A DNA stretch of 64,000 nucleotides from a virus (lineage: Duplodnaviria > Caudoviricetes). The stretch spans positions 1-64,000 of the IMG/VR virus record IMGVR_UViG_3300013296_000013. One strand, given 5' to 3'. The notes beneath the pieces were generated by a model. It was not told where the DNA came from. It did no database searches and saw only the letters and a list, made by a program, of their open reading frames with translations. Position numbers and translations under genes: made by a program. Shown in pieces: positions 1-10,562 of this stretch (position 1 is the first letter of the stretch; every line of letters starts with the position of its first letter).

Positions 1-666
1 CAGCCCATTTGGAGTAGAGACTAGAACGATCTTAGTGGTCTTACCGGATGAAATGGTTGGGAAGACCGAGGTGAAGAACTCATCCCAGTTCTCGATGAAG
101 GCTGCCTCATCGATGAATAGCATGTTGATCGAGTAACCACGAATGTTATCGCTTGATGTCGAGCCTGCAAGAACACGACTCTCGTTCTCGAGCATCATTG
201 AACCCTTGTTCATCGACACGATACCCTGTTGTAACCACTTAGGCAGATACTGGTACGCGTCCGTGATACGCTTCATGATCTCTCGAGCGGTATCACCCTT
301 GTTAGCTAGAAGAGCTACTGTCTTATTCTCATTGAAGAGGATGTACCAAAGTATGAAACCGCAGGTCGTGGTAGACTTACCTGCTTGACGAGCGGTAGCG
401 ATGATGCTCATACGATTGTGCACCATCGACATGATCATGTCTTTTTGGTAGTCGTAGAGCTTAAAGTTCACTAGACCATCATCGACATTGACGATCTTCA
501 TATATGTTTCGATGAAATAGATCGGGTTCATCTGACACTTGATCATCTCTTCGACGCGCTCAGGAGTCCATTCGATGGTCTCTCCAACACGTTTCAATAA
601 AGGGTTACCAAGGTAACCCTTGTCGATCGAGATATCATCTATCCCGAGTAAGTTACGATTGTCCAT
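1..666 (-). CDS. gp17: Terminase large subunit (5' part; runs off the window edge)
   Basis: Manual translation from ATG at 666: MDNRNLLGIDD...YLGNPLLKR...ARQAGKSTT (Walker A)...IRGYSINMLFIDEAAF (Walker B)...VSTPNGL. Overlaps the gp16 stop. Absent from the ORF track because it is truncated. Confidence 0.97.
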   Translation of the reverse strand, partial: MDNRNLLGIDDISIDKGYLGNPLLKRVGETIEWTPERVEEMIKCQMNPIYFIETYMKIVNVDDGLVNFKLYDYQKDMIMSMVHNRMSIIATARQAGKSTTTCGFILWYILFNENKTVALLANKGDTAREIMKRITDAYQYLPKWLQQGIVSMNKGSMMLENESRVLAGSTSSDNIRGYSINMLFIDEAAFIENWDEFFTSVFPTISSGKTTKIVLVSTPNGL

Positions 667-1084
667 TTTCTTTCATCTGAGCCAACAATTTATGCAACTC
701 AGCCGTAGATCCAACAAATACATTATTGTTCACCGTGCCTCCCTTTGGAGTCGCTGCTGGCTTTTCCTTACCGAGATCTTGTCGCTTCTTATGGAGTCCT
801 ACAAGATCATTGTTGAGATCTGATGATGTTTTAAGAAGATTTGCCACAACTTCGAACGCGCGAGGGTGTTGAGACTGCTTAGCTATCTCTAGAAGTTCAC
901 GAACTGCTTCTGAACCTTTTTCAATCAGATCTATAATATTTTCTCTAGCAAAATCGATATCTCGATCAGCTTCTTCTTGAATTTCATCTTCTGAAGCTGG
1001 TTGATAAACTATTACTGGTTTTGGATCATCCAATGATTTATCAACACTCATTCCAAGAGCTCTTTTGATTATGTCATCGCTCAT
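653..1084 (-). CDS. gp16: Terminase small subunit
   Basis: HPRAFEV and NNNVFVGSTAEL motifs typical of T4-like gp16; directly upstream of gp17. Confidence 0.95.
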   Translation of the reverse strand: MSDDIIKRALGMSVDKSLDDPKPVIVYQPASEDEIQEEADRDIDFARENIIDLIEKGSEAVRELLEIAKQSQHPRAFEVVANLLKTSSDLNNDLVGLHKKRQDLGKEKPAATPKGGTVNNNVFVGSTAELHKLLAQMKENGQS

Positions 1085-1893
1085 TCGTCACCCTTTAGAA
1101 TAGTAGTAATATATCCAAAGTCGTCATTAGCATTAATTTGTGTGTAAGGAATAGTATTGTTGATATCTGTCGTTGGCGTTCCATTAGCTGTTAAACCAGG
1201 CTGAATATGCACGATATTAACTAAGTTATTAGCATTATGATCAACACTATAGAAATCAGTGATGACATATTTGATAACTTTTCTACCCTGTCCGATAGGA
1301 CCGGTATATTGAGCTTTCATAGTGAAGTTTAGCGTCCAAACTATTCCTCTTCGATCTTGCATCGACCCCCATGATTGATTATCAACATCAATATTGTTTA
1401 GTGTTATTGGAACATCGAGTTCATAACCCATTTCTGGGATAATTTTTACGGTTACAGTTAATGCAGGAGTAAAATATGGAATTATGTTTTCTAAAACTCT
1501 AAGACCATCTTCTTCTTTGTCAGCATATATGAAGAGTTGAAAATTTAAATTGTATGGAACACCAGCAAATTGACTATTTACTTGGCCGGTTTGATCTACA
1601 AACCGGCGCTGAATAGTTGATTGCCCCATTCTTTCATTATCGAATGATGGAGCACTAACTAAAAATGCCATCGCTGGAGACACTGCTGCTACTTTACGAG
1701 TTAGATCTTGATCAGTATTCACTCTCGACATAAGTTTATCCTGAGAACCATATGTTAAAGGAACCTTGATAGTCTTAACATGATTATTAGAACCATCAGT
1801 ATATGGCACATCTATGCTGATGTCATTAAAGAGAGTTCCAAAAACAGTAACATATTTTCTAGTTAAACCGAAATAATAATTTGATCCAAACAT
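1081..1893 (-). CDS. gp15: Tail sheath stabilizer / tail terminator
   Basis: RKYVTVFGTLFNDI, KVPLTYG, ILENIIPYFTP motifs; gp13-14-15-16-17 synteny. Confidence 0.95.
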   Translation of the reverse strand: MFGSNYYFGLTRKYVTVFGTLFNDISIDVPYTDGSNNHVKTIKVPLTYGSQDKLMSRVNTDQDLTRKVAAVSPAMAFLVSAPSFDNERMGQSTIQRRFVDQTGQVNSQFAGVPYNLNFQLFIYADKEEDGLRVLENIIPYFTPALTVTVKIIPEMGYELDVPITLNNIDVDNQSWGSMQDRRGIVWTLNFTMKAQYTGPIGQGRKVIKYVITDFYSVDHNANNLVNIVHIQPGLTANGTPTTDINNTIPYTQINANDDFGYITTILKGDE

Positions 1894-2537
1894 TAGAAGT
1901 TATTCCCTAGCGAAAATGGATCTTGATCAGTAAAATCTATAATGTTAGGTGTATCGGTCTGGAATTCTGGACTCTGATCATTCCAATTTTCTGGCACAGT
2001 TACGTCGGTTCCATCAAGAGTATTCAGTGTTTGAATAGCGTCTATGTCTGAGATACCAGTTCTAAAAATCTGTCCATTATATTCTAGAAGTTCTAATGTT
2101 AGATCCCACGTGTTAAGTTTTCCTAATTGATAAAATACAGTTTGGTGATCAACAAACTTAATCTCATAGCACTTCTTGTCTAATGGAAGATATACTAGAT
2201 CACCTTCTCTAGGACGATCCATTCCAGTGATGTTTTTAAATACCGATTGTGCTACAGTAAATATTGTTTGATCTCTAATCTCGAATCCAAGATTAACAGA
2301 CATAAATTTACCGTCACCTGCAAAACCTTCGGTAGATTTTAGATAAGTTTCAATAGTATAATACGTTTGAAATATATCAAGATCACTCTCACGAAAGATC
2401 GAATCCAAAGACGCATTAGTCTTTGGGAGAAATATCATGTTGAAACCATATATCTGAATAGCTTCAATAATTAACGACTCAAGGAGACCTTGTTGACCTG
2501 TATGAGTGTAATTATTGAAGTAAGTGTTAATAGCCAT
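1893..2537 (-). CDS. gp14: Neck protein
   Basis: LIIEAIQIYG, RPREGDLVYLP, FYQLGK motifs; synteny. Confidence 0.95.
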   Translation of the reverse strand: MAINTYFNNYTHTGQQGLLESLIIEAIQIYGFNMIFLPKTNASLDSIFRESDLDIFQTYYTIETYLKSTEGFAGDGKFMSVNLGFEIRDQTIFTVAQSVFKNITGMDRPREGDLVYLPLDKKCYEIKFVDHQTVFYQLGKLNTWDLTLELLEYNGQIFRTGISDIDAIQTLNTLDGTDVTVPENWNDQSPEFQTDTPNIIDFTDQDPFSLGNNF

Positions 2538-3281
2538 TTAAGCGATCATATCCGATGCTGGTAGAGAATAACTGTTAATCATCTCATATTCCATTTTATC
2601 GATCTCAGCTTGAGCTTCGTCATAAACTCTTTGACCGTTGAAAGTCATACCACCAGGCATCTGAAGACCGTCAAACTTCTTCATATTGATACCCCATTGG
2701 CGCTTTATAAGAGCTGTAGCATATCTCATCAACCAACGATCAGAATAAGTTTCAGTCCATACATCTGGATCTATAACACCATAAGCTTCAACAACAAAGT
2801 ATTGGCCGACTTCCATCAGCGTCCAATTGATATCGATATAGATTCTATTTTGGTGTCTATTATATCTAATCATCTTTTCACCGACAAGAACTTCTTGCAA
2901 GACGTTAAGATGTTGCATCATCATATAATATGGAACCAGATCATATGATGTTAGAGTGTATAGATCATTCAGTGCGATTTGATATTGCACATTAAACATA
3001 TTGTCTGATGTAGAAGCATAGAAACCCAATGGAAATATACGAACAGCACCTATGATATTATCAGGCACTACGATATATTTGTTGTCTTTATCTACTTGAG
3101 TTATCTGATGCTTATAATATATCTTCTCGGTTCCATCAAAATGATAGTCCCAATAATAACGCAAAGCTTCATCTATACGATCATCAACTTGATCGTCATC
3201 AACGTTTATCTCGATAACAGGAGCTCCAAGAGCTCTGAGACAATACTGTTTAAACGAATCTCTGTCAATAGGCTTAGCCAT
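2538..3281 (-). CDS. gp13: Neck protein
   Basis: YCLRALGAPVIEINVDDDQ and YATALIKRQWG motifs. Confidence 0.96.
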   Translation of the reverse strand: MAKPIDRDSFKQYCLRALGAPVIEINVDDDQVDDRIDEALRYYWDYHFDGTEKIYYKHQITQVDKDNKYIVVPDNIIGAVRIFPLGFYASTSDNMFNVQYQIALNDLYTLTSYDLVPYYMMMQHLNVLQEVLVGEKMIRYNRHQNRIYIDINWTLMEVGQYFVVEAYGVIDPDVWTETYSDRWLMRYATALIKRQWGINMKKFDGLQMPGGMTFNGQRVYDEAQAEIDKMEYEMINSYSLPASDMIA

Positions 3282-3312
3282 TAGTCGATCCTTTTATTTG
3301 ATATTTATCAGC

Positions 3313-6300
3313 TTAAACTGCTCCGATAGCGTGCAGATAGGTATACAACCTGTTATGCATATTTGTTGCATCTGTGTCGGTGAATACTGAACCAAAGTAT
3401 CCAGCCATGATTGGAGCACTAACAAATCCACCACCAGTTTTTCCTACACGAGGTCTACCACCAGCAGAGTATGTACTATTGCCGTTAGTTCCAATATAAA
3501 CACCATCGGCATAACATTTTGTAATATCTGTAGAGTTGCTTCTAGTTCCAGATACGTGACGAACAGCGCTACTTCCTGTTATAGAAAGCTGAGTTGGTGG
3601 CGGTGAATTAAGATTAGAAAGCTGAACTTTGATAGCCGTTAATCCAGCTTGAGGACATATGACACCAGCTGGTTCACCCCATGAACCCGAAAGTCCGCCG
3701 ACAACAATTCCACAATAATAAGCGCCGGTGGTCATACCACCACTTGTAGAGAACTTATTTCCAGCCGATGGGTACGTAAATCCTATTGGAGATCCTTCTA
3801 AGAAACTAGTTGAACCATCACCAGCATAATATCTATCAGTGACATAAGTGTGATTCGTTCCAGTTTCCGTAAATCCTTGAGCTGGATTTAGAGCGTTAAT
3901 GCGAGCGGCCTGAGGATCATGAGCAGCTAGTATAGCTAGATAATCTAGTTTGCTCCATATACCATCAGTCTTAAGTCCAGTGATCAAATTATTAATCAGA
4001 GTTTGACGCGTATAATTCGGTGATACATTCATAGTATTGATATATGATTGTGTATCAGAATCTAGTGCTGAATTAATAGTCACACTCAAATTTGTAACAT
4101 GTGGTGAATTTGTCGCTGTTCCTAATGTTTCTGTTAGTGTTATAGTTGGAGTTCCAGTTGTAGTGAATTTGCCAGAAATATTAGTTCCATTTACTGTAAG
4201 AATGGTGCCGTCACTAGATGATGCTGTAATAGTCGAACCATTCATTGAACCGACGATGTTAGTTAAGAAGTTAGTTCCAGCAGCAGCTTGATTATTCGTT
4301 ATAGCTAGATCTACAAGGGTAGCGTTTGCATTGACATTAACTACTATAGTATTAGTTTTTGGAGATCCTTGAGCACCGGTCAGAGTTTCAGTTATCGTCA
4401 CTGTTACATTTCCACTATTAGAGAATATGCCAGAGATCGTAGAACCAGTGATCGTCAACGATGTTCCATCACTAGTAGAAACACTTAGAGTTGAACCCAC
4501 AGTTCTATTATTAATCGTAGACGTCCACGACTGATTAATGACAGGAGATGAGTTGCTGAGTGTTAATGAGTTCAATATAGCGATCGGGGTTATGGTTATA
4601 TTAATCGTAGACGTCTTAGGACTATTAACGCCAGGAGCACGTGTCTCTACTAGAGAGATCGTAGCAGATCCAGGGTTGATAAACGTACCAGATATCGTGG
4701 TTCCATTTACTGTAAGAATGGTGCCATCACTAGATGTTGCTGTAATAGTTGAGCCAAGAGTTTTACCAGAAATAGTGGCAGACCAAGAATTTGTGGCAAG
4801 AGGCGTGGTATTAGATACACTAAGTGTATTCAACACTAGAGTTCCCGATACACTAATAGGAACAACTACGGTATTAGGAGATCCAATAGCGCCAAGAAGT
4901 GTTTCAGTGATAGTAACATTTACCGTTCCAGGTATAGTAAACGTTGCTGAAATAGTGTTTCCTGATACCGTCATAGGAGTGCCATCATCAGCACTAGCTG
5001 TAATAACGCTATTTGTCGTCTTATTATTAATAATGGCCGACCAAGCAGAACCAACACTAGAGCTAGTACTCGATAGAGATATAGTTCTAAGCGTAGTAGT
5101 CCAATCACTATGTGTTTTAATAGTGGCGGTCCAAGCTGGAGCTGTTATACCATCTGAGGTTTCTCTATGACCCCACGACTGCAAGAATGATGTCGTATTA
5201 GTTGGAGCTGGTGTTTGAGCATCGAATTTAGTAAGATAACCACGGCCCATTACTTGAGCCCATCTCTGATCCCACATATAGCTCCAATCTCCAAAACGAG
5301 AATCGCGCATGATAGAGATGAAGAGACCCCATATACGAGGAAGAGATTTAGTAGATCCAAAACTATCAATAACTGTAGCGTTTGTTATAGGCTGCCATGT
5401 TCCAGTATCGCTAACTGGAACATTAGAATTATCAACTAGTGCTTTATAAGTAGAACCACCGCTCTGAGCGTACGATCCAGCCGTATAAGAGGTAGTGTTT
5501 TTCCAAATATTTTGATCAGGCCATCCAGTGAATATGCCCACCCAAGCCTGTTCATAACACCAAACTTCGCCTTGCTTATTAAGCTCAGGATGATTTGCAG
5601 AATACCAATTTGTTACATTGTCTCGATGGCTACTTACTTGAGTTATATAATTGTTAACAACTATCTCAAGAACTGAAGGATCAAAGAACTTATTTTTACA
5701 GAAGTCTATGGCGTCTTGAGCTACAGGGAAAGTGGTCGTGTCATATAGAGCAGCGCGGTCATTAAGATTCCATGGTCCCGTGTATGTTGTATTTGCTGCT
5801 GTCTTATTATCAAGATTAGTTCCATACTGAGCCATTCCAGCAAAACCACCACCGAGATATGGTGCGTGAGCTGATGCTTCATAGAACTTATAAAAGTCAT
5901 CCCAAACTAACATCTGAGTAAGATTAAGTATAGCAGAACCTTGCTGTATGTTAGTAACACGCTTAGGGCGTGGTTTACCAACCGCCAAGAACGCGTCATC
6001 AAAAGCGTTCCATGTCTCGATAGATTTCGTAGCATGATAACGAGCTTTAGCCATGAGACTATTATTCGTTCCGCATGTGAGAGTCCATTTAGAATTTTGT
6101 GGTGTAGCTACAGCGAAATATGATGTATTTGTTACTGGAATACCACCAGAATTATTCTGTAGTACGACATATAATACGTCTCCAGAAACAACACAATCTC
6201 CAGCCGTGAGATTGATAGATGGAGCACCCTTATAGTTAATTGGAACATCATCTCCAACAAACATATTCTGTTGTGCTTGGAATATGTAAAAACCTAATCC

Positions 6301-7809
6301 AGATATATTAACGTATAGATTTGATCCTTGTGGAACATTGCATGTTGTTCCAGTTCCACCAACTATGCCCCCAACACGACCTACTTGATTAAACATATTG
6401 CTAGTTAAACCAACGCATATTGGATTAGATAGTGGAACAGCATCAGCTGAATATGATATATTAGGATCGTGATATCCACGACGGACACCCTCAACTATCA
6501 TGTCAGTAAACTGACCAAACGCGCTATTCCATGTTTCGTTTGAATATTCTACAAAATTAACATTACTGTTAATTAATGAAGCTAGCTTTTGAGCTTGATC
6601 TACTACACAGCTCAAAGAGTCTCTATGACTGACCTGATACCAAGCACCAACTCCAGCTTCATTTGAAGCTCGGGCGCAGTCTTCAGCATCAAAAACAGTA
6701 GAAGAACCCCAAGCTCTCTTAAAGATCTCGCCAGGATTTCTATAAGCTATAGAAGTTACGGTGTCTCCGCGAACTTTATCATTGTTAATAGATCTAACAT
6801 TAAGATATCGTAAATAGCTGCACGCGTTCGAATATCGAGCAGCTTCTTCAGAGGTTAAAACTTGATTAGCATTAAGAACACCATCATCTGGATATATGTT
6901 AACTAACATTCCCCCAGATGGAACTTTAGACCATAGGAACTGAAGCCAATTACTAGAACCACCAGTAGCTGGTACTGTTATATGCCACAGATTGGGATTG
7001 GTGCTATCTTTTAATACAGTAATATTTCTTAGAATAGAAAACGAATCTAGATCGAAACCAAGATCAAGGACAAATTTATGAGTGCCATCACCATTAATGC
7101 TGCGAGCTGTTTCAAGGTACACAGGCATACTGATCTGAACGCTGCCGAATCCAGTTAAAGATGTAACTGGATATAATCTACCGCTATAATCGGCTTTTAA
7201 TGTTCCATAAGTTACTCCAGTAATAGAATCAGTAGCCGGTAAACCATCTAGAGACAGATTAATCTGGTTTGTACTAGAACTTAAAGGAGCTCCTATATCA
7301 TTTAGAGTCTTGTTTCCTGTTACACCACCAACAGTTCTAGAGATAACAACGGCAACGCGTCTAGCTATGTTATACATACTATCGCCAGACGTGAAGTCGT
7401 TTATTCCTGGCATGTTCATACCAATAGCCATGTTTGGAACAGGATCGGTATCAGTAATTACAGCATTGCTTATTGCTGATGTAGATGTACTGTATGCTAC
7501 AGATGATCCATTACTATTGTTAGCACTTACAGAATAAGTTATAATACTTGTTAAATCATTAGAACTTGGGATATAAAACGGAGAGGTCGCCCCAGCGATA
7601 GGGACACCGTTTTTAAGCCATTGACGCGTTAAACCACCGGTGTAATTACTCCAAGAGCCATCAGTTCCGCGTAAAGCATATCCTACTTTACCAGATCCAG
7701 TTAGAGTTGGAGATGAAATGTTGACCGGAAGATCTAATGGTATTGAGGAATCGCTAAAGATACTTCTATGAGTTTTACCAAACCCAAATCCAAACTTGAA
7801 ACCTGACAT
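3313..7809 (-). CDS. Large multidomain virion protein; putative glycoside hydrolase/depolymerase with carbohydrate-binding and Ig-like repeats
   Basis: N-terminal Ig-like segment, VEYSNETWN and CYEQ glutamate motifs, CBM5/12-like WKNTTSYTAGSYAQSGGSTYKAL, four ~85-aa repeats (SSDGT.LTVNGT.ISG.F...TETL.GA..SP); late promoter upstream. Confidence 0.65.
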   Translation of the reverse strand: MSGFKFGFGFGKTHRSIFSDSSIPLDLPVNISSPTLTGSGKVGYALRGTDGSWSNYTGGLTRQWLKNGVPIAGATSPFYIPSSNDLTSIITYSVSANNSNGSSVAYSTSTSAISNAVITDTDPVPNMAIGMNMPGINDFTSGDSMYNIARRVAVVISRTVGGVTGNKTLNDIGAPLSSSTNQINLSLDGLPATDSITGVTYGTLKADYSGRLYPVTSLTGFGSVQISMPVYLETARSINGDGTHKFVLDLGFDLDSFSILRNITVLKDSTNPNLWHITVPATGGSSNWLQFLWSKVPSGGMLVNIYPDDGVLNANQVLTSEEAARYSNACSYLRYLNVRSINNDKVRGDTVTSIAYRNPGEIFKRAWGSSTVFDAEDCARASNEAGVGAWYQVSHRDSLSCVVDQAQKLASLINSNVNFVEYSNETWNSAFGQFTDMIVEGVRRGYHDPNISYSADAVPLSNPICVGLTSNMFNQVGRVGGIVGGTGTTCNVPQGSNLYVNISGLGFYIFQAQQNMFVGDDVPINYKGAPSINLTAGDCVVSGDVLYVVLQNNSGGIPVTNTSYFAVATPQNSKWTLTCGTNNSLMAKARYHATKSIETWNAFDDAFLAVGKPRPKRVTNIQQGSAILNLTQMLVWDDFYKFYEASAHAPYLGGGFAGMAQYGTNLDNKTAANTTYTGPWNLNDRAALYDTTTFPVAQDAIDFCKNKFFDPSVLEIVVNNYITQVSSHRDNVTNWYSANHPELNKQGEVWCYEQAWVGIFTGWPDQNIWKNTTSYTAGSYAQSGGSTYKALVDNSNVPVSDTGTWQPITNATVIDSFGSTKSLPRIWGLFISIMRDSRFGDWSYMWDQRWAQVMGRGYLTKFDAQTPAPTNTTSFLQSWGHRETSDGITAPAWTATIKTHSDWTTTLRTISLSSTSSSVGSAWSAIINNKTTNSVITASADDGTPMTVSGNTISATFTIPGTVNVTITETLLGAIGSPNTVVVPISVSGTLVLNTLSVSNTTPLATNSWSATISGKTLGSTITATSSDGTILTVNGTTISGTFINPGSATISLVETRAPGVNSPKTSTINITITPIAILNSLTLSNSSPVINQSWTSTINNRTVGSTLSVSTSDGTSLTITGSTISGIFSNSGNVTVTITETLTGAQGSPKTNTIVVNVNANATLVDLAITNNQAAAGTNFLTNIVGSMNGSTITASSSDGTILTVNGTNISGKFTTTGTPTITLTETLGTATNSPHVTNLSVTINSALDSDTQSYINTMNVSPNYTRQTLINNLITGLKTDGIWSKLDYLAILAAHDPQAARINALNPAQGFTETGTNHTYVTDRYYAGDGSTSFLEGSPIGFTYPSAGNKFSTSGGMTTGAYYCGIVVGGLSGSWGEPAGVICPQAGLTAIKVQLSNLNSPPPTQLSITGSSAVRHVSGTRSNSTDITKCYADGVYIGTNGNSTYSAGGRPRVGKTGGGFVSAPIMAGYFGSVFTDTDATNMHNRLYTYLHAIGAV

Positions 7810-7910
7810 ATCTTAGTAAAACCCTAATGGTATCAAACGGCATTATTCCGAGGCACTAAATAATAGAAACCTATCAATAAAATAGTATCGATATTTATCT
7901 AACTTTACCC

Positions 7911-7939
7911 TTGACATTTTATAAGCAATAGTGTATAAG
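7911..7939 (+). promoter_or_regulatory. sigma70-type promoter for the GT-FkbM operon (similar + strand promoters at 28456, 28994, 31045, 48200, 49798, 50102, 56270)
   Basis: TTGACA-17-TATAAG. Confidence 0.8.
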
Positions 7940-7964
7940 AGGGATACCTCTGTAAAGGATTAAT

Positions 7965-10562
7965 ATGAGAGTTTGTATAGTAGATCACTTAGGTACTCCG
8001 TATGATGGATATACGTTAGAGTCAAGTGGCCTAGGCGGCAGCGAATCTGCTGTAATATGCATAGCACGCGAACTGGCTAAGATTGGTTTTACTGTTGATG
8101 TCTTTAATGACTGCAGTGAAAATCATCAGTGTGATAGAGTTCACTATAGGAAACGCAGCGAAGCTATAGATCATACATCAGAGCCATATGATCTGTTTAT
8201 TAGCAGCAGATCTCTAGTTCCATTCACTGAATATAATAATCTTCGTAACAAAGCCAAGAAGAAAGTTCTGTGGCTTCATGACACGTTTGTAGATGCTGAT
8301 GCTCTGTTAGAGAACTATGTTGTCAATGGGTTGATCGATGAGATCTGGACTCTATCTGATTTCCACACTAGCTATATCACCACGTGTAATCATGGTGTGA
8401 AGCGAATGCAAGAAGTGTTAAAGAGAAAAGTCTGGCAGACTAGAAATGGTGTGAATCTCTATAACGATTATGTTGACATCCAGAAGAAAGATAAAAATCT
8501 CTTCGTATTTAATGCTGCGGTCGATAAAGGATTGCCAGTACTTCTTAACAACATCTGGCCGAAAATCGTAAAACAGTATCCTACTTCTAAACTTAAGGTT
8601 ATTGGTGGATACTACAAGATGCATTCGATGGTCGAGGCGCAGAGAACACATTGGCACGGTCTTAAAGAAAAATACGACGGTAAAGACGGAGTTGATTTCA
8701 CTGGAGTTATCACACAAAAAGAAGTGAGTGATATCTTAACCGATGCCTCATACATGATATATCCACAACAGTTTCCTGAGACGTTTGGTATATCACTAGT
8801 AGAAGCTCTGGCTCACGGCGTTACTCCTATCACCGGAAGGTTTGGAGCGGCTGAAGAAACGGCTATCGAAGAAGGTAGTTGGTTGATGGACTACCCAGCG
8901 ACATCTAATGCTCTTTATCAGTTCGATGAGGAAGTTCACCAAAATGCTTTCTGCAACTTAGCGCTTCAAGCACGAACAAATGAATATCTATGGCAGCAAA
9001 AAGCCAATAAAGGTCTCATAGTTAGAGATGTGTGCGAATGGAATAAGGTAGCTCTCCAGTGGAAGCAGCACATATACAAGATACTCGACAGATATCTTCC
9101 ACTCGATGATTATCGTCAGGTCACCGATCTAAATCAACGGTGCAAAGAGATCTTCAATACCAGATTCGGTAACGAAGAAGATCATGTAGTTCAATGTGAG
9201 AGTGAATGGATGATCAACGTCATCGTTCCATTCAAGAACGCCGAGAAGTTCATCGGTGAGTGCATCGATTCTATCATCACTCAAAACTACGACGCCTGGC
9301 GTCTATATCTCGTGGATGATGCATCGGATGATAATACGGTCGAAGTCGTCGAAAACAAGCTCAAAGAATTGAACGACTTTCGTATCAAGTTTATTAAGAA
9401 TGACATTAGTGTCGGAGCACTACAAAATCAAGTATCTGTCTGGGAGGATGAGTGCTGGCCATATCCTGGATCTAAGAATATTATGGTTCTGATAGATGGC
9501 GATGATAGACTAGTTAATGATCCAAATATTTTCAGGAAGATCTGTCGTCTATACGTAAATGGTGCACAGATGACCTATGGTAGTTGCTGGTCAGAAGTTG
9601 ATAATATTCCTCTTATAGCTCAGGACTACCCACCAGATGTCAAAGAAAACGGAACATATCGAGAACACAAGTTTCCGTGGAACATTCCGTATACTCATCT
9701 ACGAACGTTTGAAGGTCGACTACTTCACAATATGGATGATGACGCTCTTCTTGATAGCGATGGTAAGTATTATCGCGCTGGCGGTGATTCAGCCTTACTC
9801 TATGCACTTCTGGAAGCTTCTAACCCCGATCGTATTGTTGCTGTCAAAGATATCTGGTACAGATATAATGACCTACATCCCAATAACGATTTTAAAATAA
9901 ACGCTGAAGAACAAACTCGTAATTCTAATGAGATATTGATGAAGAATATTAAAAAAAAGCGAATTTTAATTGGAATTCCGACCGCTCAAAACATTCATGC
10001 GGCGACTTTTAAATCGATCTACGATCAGATCATTCCAGATGGTTATGAAGTAGACTTTCAGTTCTTCTATGGATACTGCATCGACCAGGTGCGTAATCTG
10101 ATGGCTCATTATACTATCGAGAACGGCTATGACTATATCTTCTTTGTTGATTACGATATGGAGTTCGGGCCAGATACTCTAGAAAATCTTCTTCAGTTCT
10201 ATGATAATGGAACAGATGATGTTGCTATAGTGAGTGGGCTATATAGACAGCGTAGGAATGAAGTAGTTTATGAAGCTTATAGAAGTAATGATCAAGGTGG
10301 AGTAGAACATCTTCTACAAATACCAGCATTCTCGATTGGAATGAAAGTTCCAGCAGTAGGATTTGGGTGTGCACTGGTTAAGCGAGAAGCACTTCTAGCT
10401 GTTGGTTATCCATACTTCACATATCATCATGCTATTAAAATTGAAGACACTGTATCTGAAGACATCGATTTCTGTCAAAAAGTGACAGCTCGTGGTTGGA
10501 ATATCATACTAGAACCAAACGTGAAGTGTAAGCATCACGGTAATATTACATTTGAGGTATAA
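7965..10562 (+). CDS. Tri-domain glycosyltransferase (GT4/GT-B + two GT2/GT-A domains)
   Basis: LGGSESA and FPETFGISLVEALAHG (GT4); VIVPFKNAEKFI...VDDASDD...IDGDD (GT2); IGIPT...FFVDYD...SEDIDFC (second GT-A). Confidence 0.92.
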   Translation: MRVCIVDHLGTPYDGYTLESSGLGGSESAVICIARELAKIGFTVDVFNDCSENHQCDRVHYRKRSEAIDHTSEPYDLFISSRSLVPFTEYNNLRNKAKKKVLWLHDTFVDADALLENYVVNGLIDEIWTLSDFHTSYITTCNHGVKRMQEVLKRKVWQTRNGVNLYNDYVDIQKKDKNLFVFNAAVDKGLPVLLNNIWPKIVKQYPTSKLKVIGGYYKMHSMVEAQRTHWHGLKEKYDGKDGVDFTGVITQKEVSDILTDASYMIYPQQFPETFGISLVEALAHGVTPITGRFGAAEETAIEEGSWLMDYPATSNALYQFDEEVHQNAFCNLALQARTNEYLWQQKANKGLIVRDVCEWNKVALQWKQHIYKILDRYLPLDDYRQVTDLNQRCKEIFNTRFGNEEDHVVQCESEWMINVIVPFKNAEKFIGECIDSIITQNYDAWRLYLVDDASDDNTVEVVENKLKELNDFRIKFIKNDISVGALQNQVSVWEDECWPYPGSKNIMVLIDGDDRLVNDPNIFRKICRLYVNGAQMTYGSCWSEVDNIPLIAQDYPPDVKENGTYREHKFPWNIPYTHLRTFEGRLLHNMDDDALLDSDGKYYRAGGDSALLYALLEASNPDRIVAVKDIWYRYNDLHPNNDFKINAEEQTRNSNEILMKNIKKKRILIGIPTAQNIHAATFKSIYDQIIPDGYEVDFQFFYGYCIDQVRNLMAHYTIENGYDYIFFVDYDMEFGPDTLENLLQFYDNGTDDVAIVSGLYRQRRNEVVYEAYRSNDQGGVEHLLQIPAFSIGMKVPAVGFGCALVKREALLAVGYPYFTYHHAIKIEDTVSEDIDFCQKVTARGWNIILEPNVKCKHHGNITFEV

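Noticed and set aside
4037-5170. Plus-strand ORFs opposite long structural genes (also 12686-13621, 18008-18199, 53760-54473, 58418-59759)
   Set aside because: These are antisense shadows of repetitive or codon-biased genes, with no RBS or motifs.
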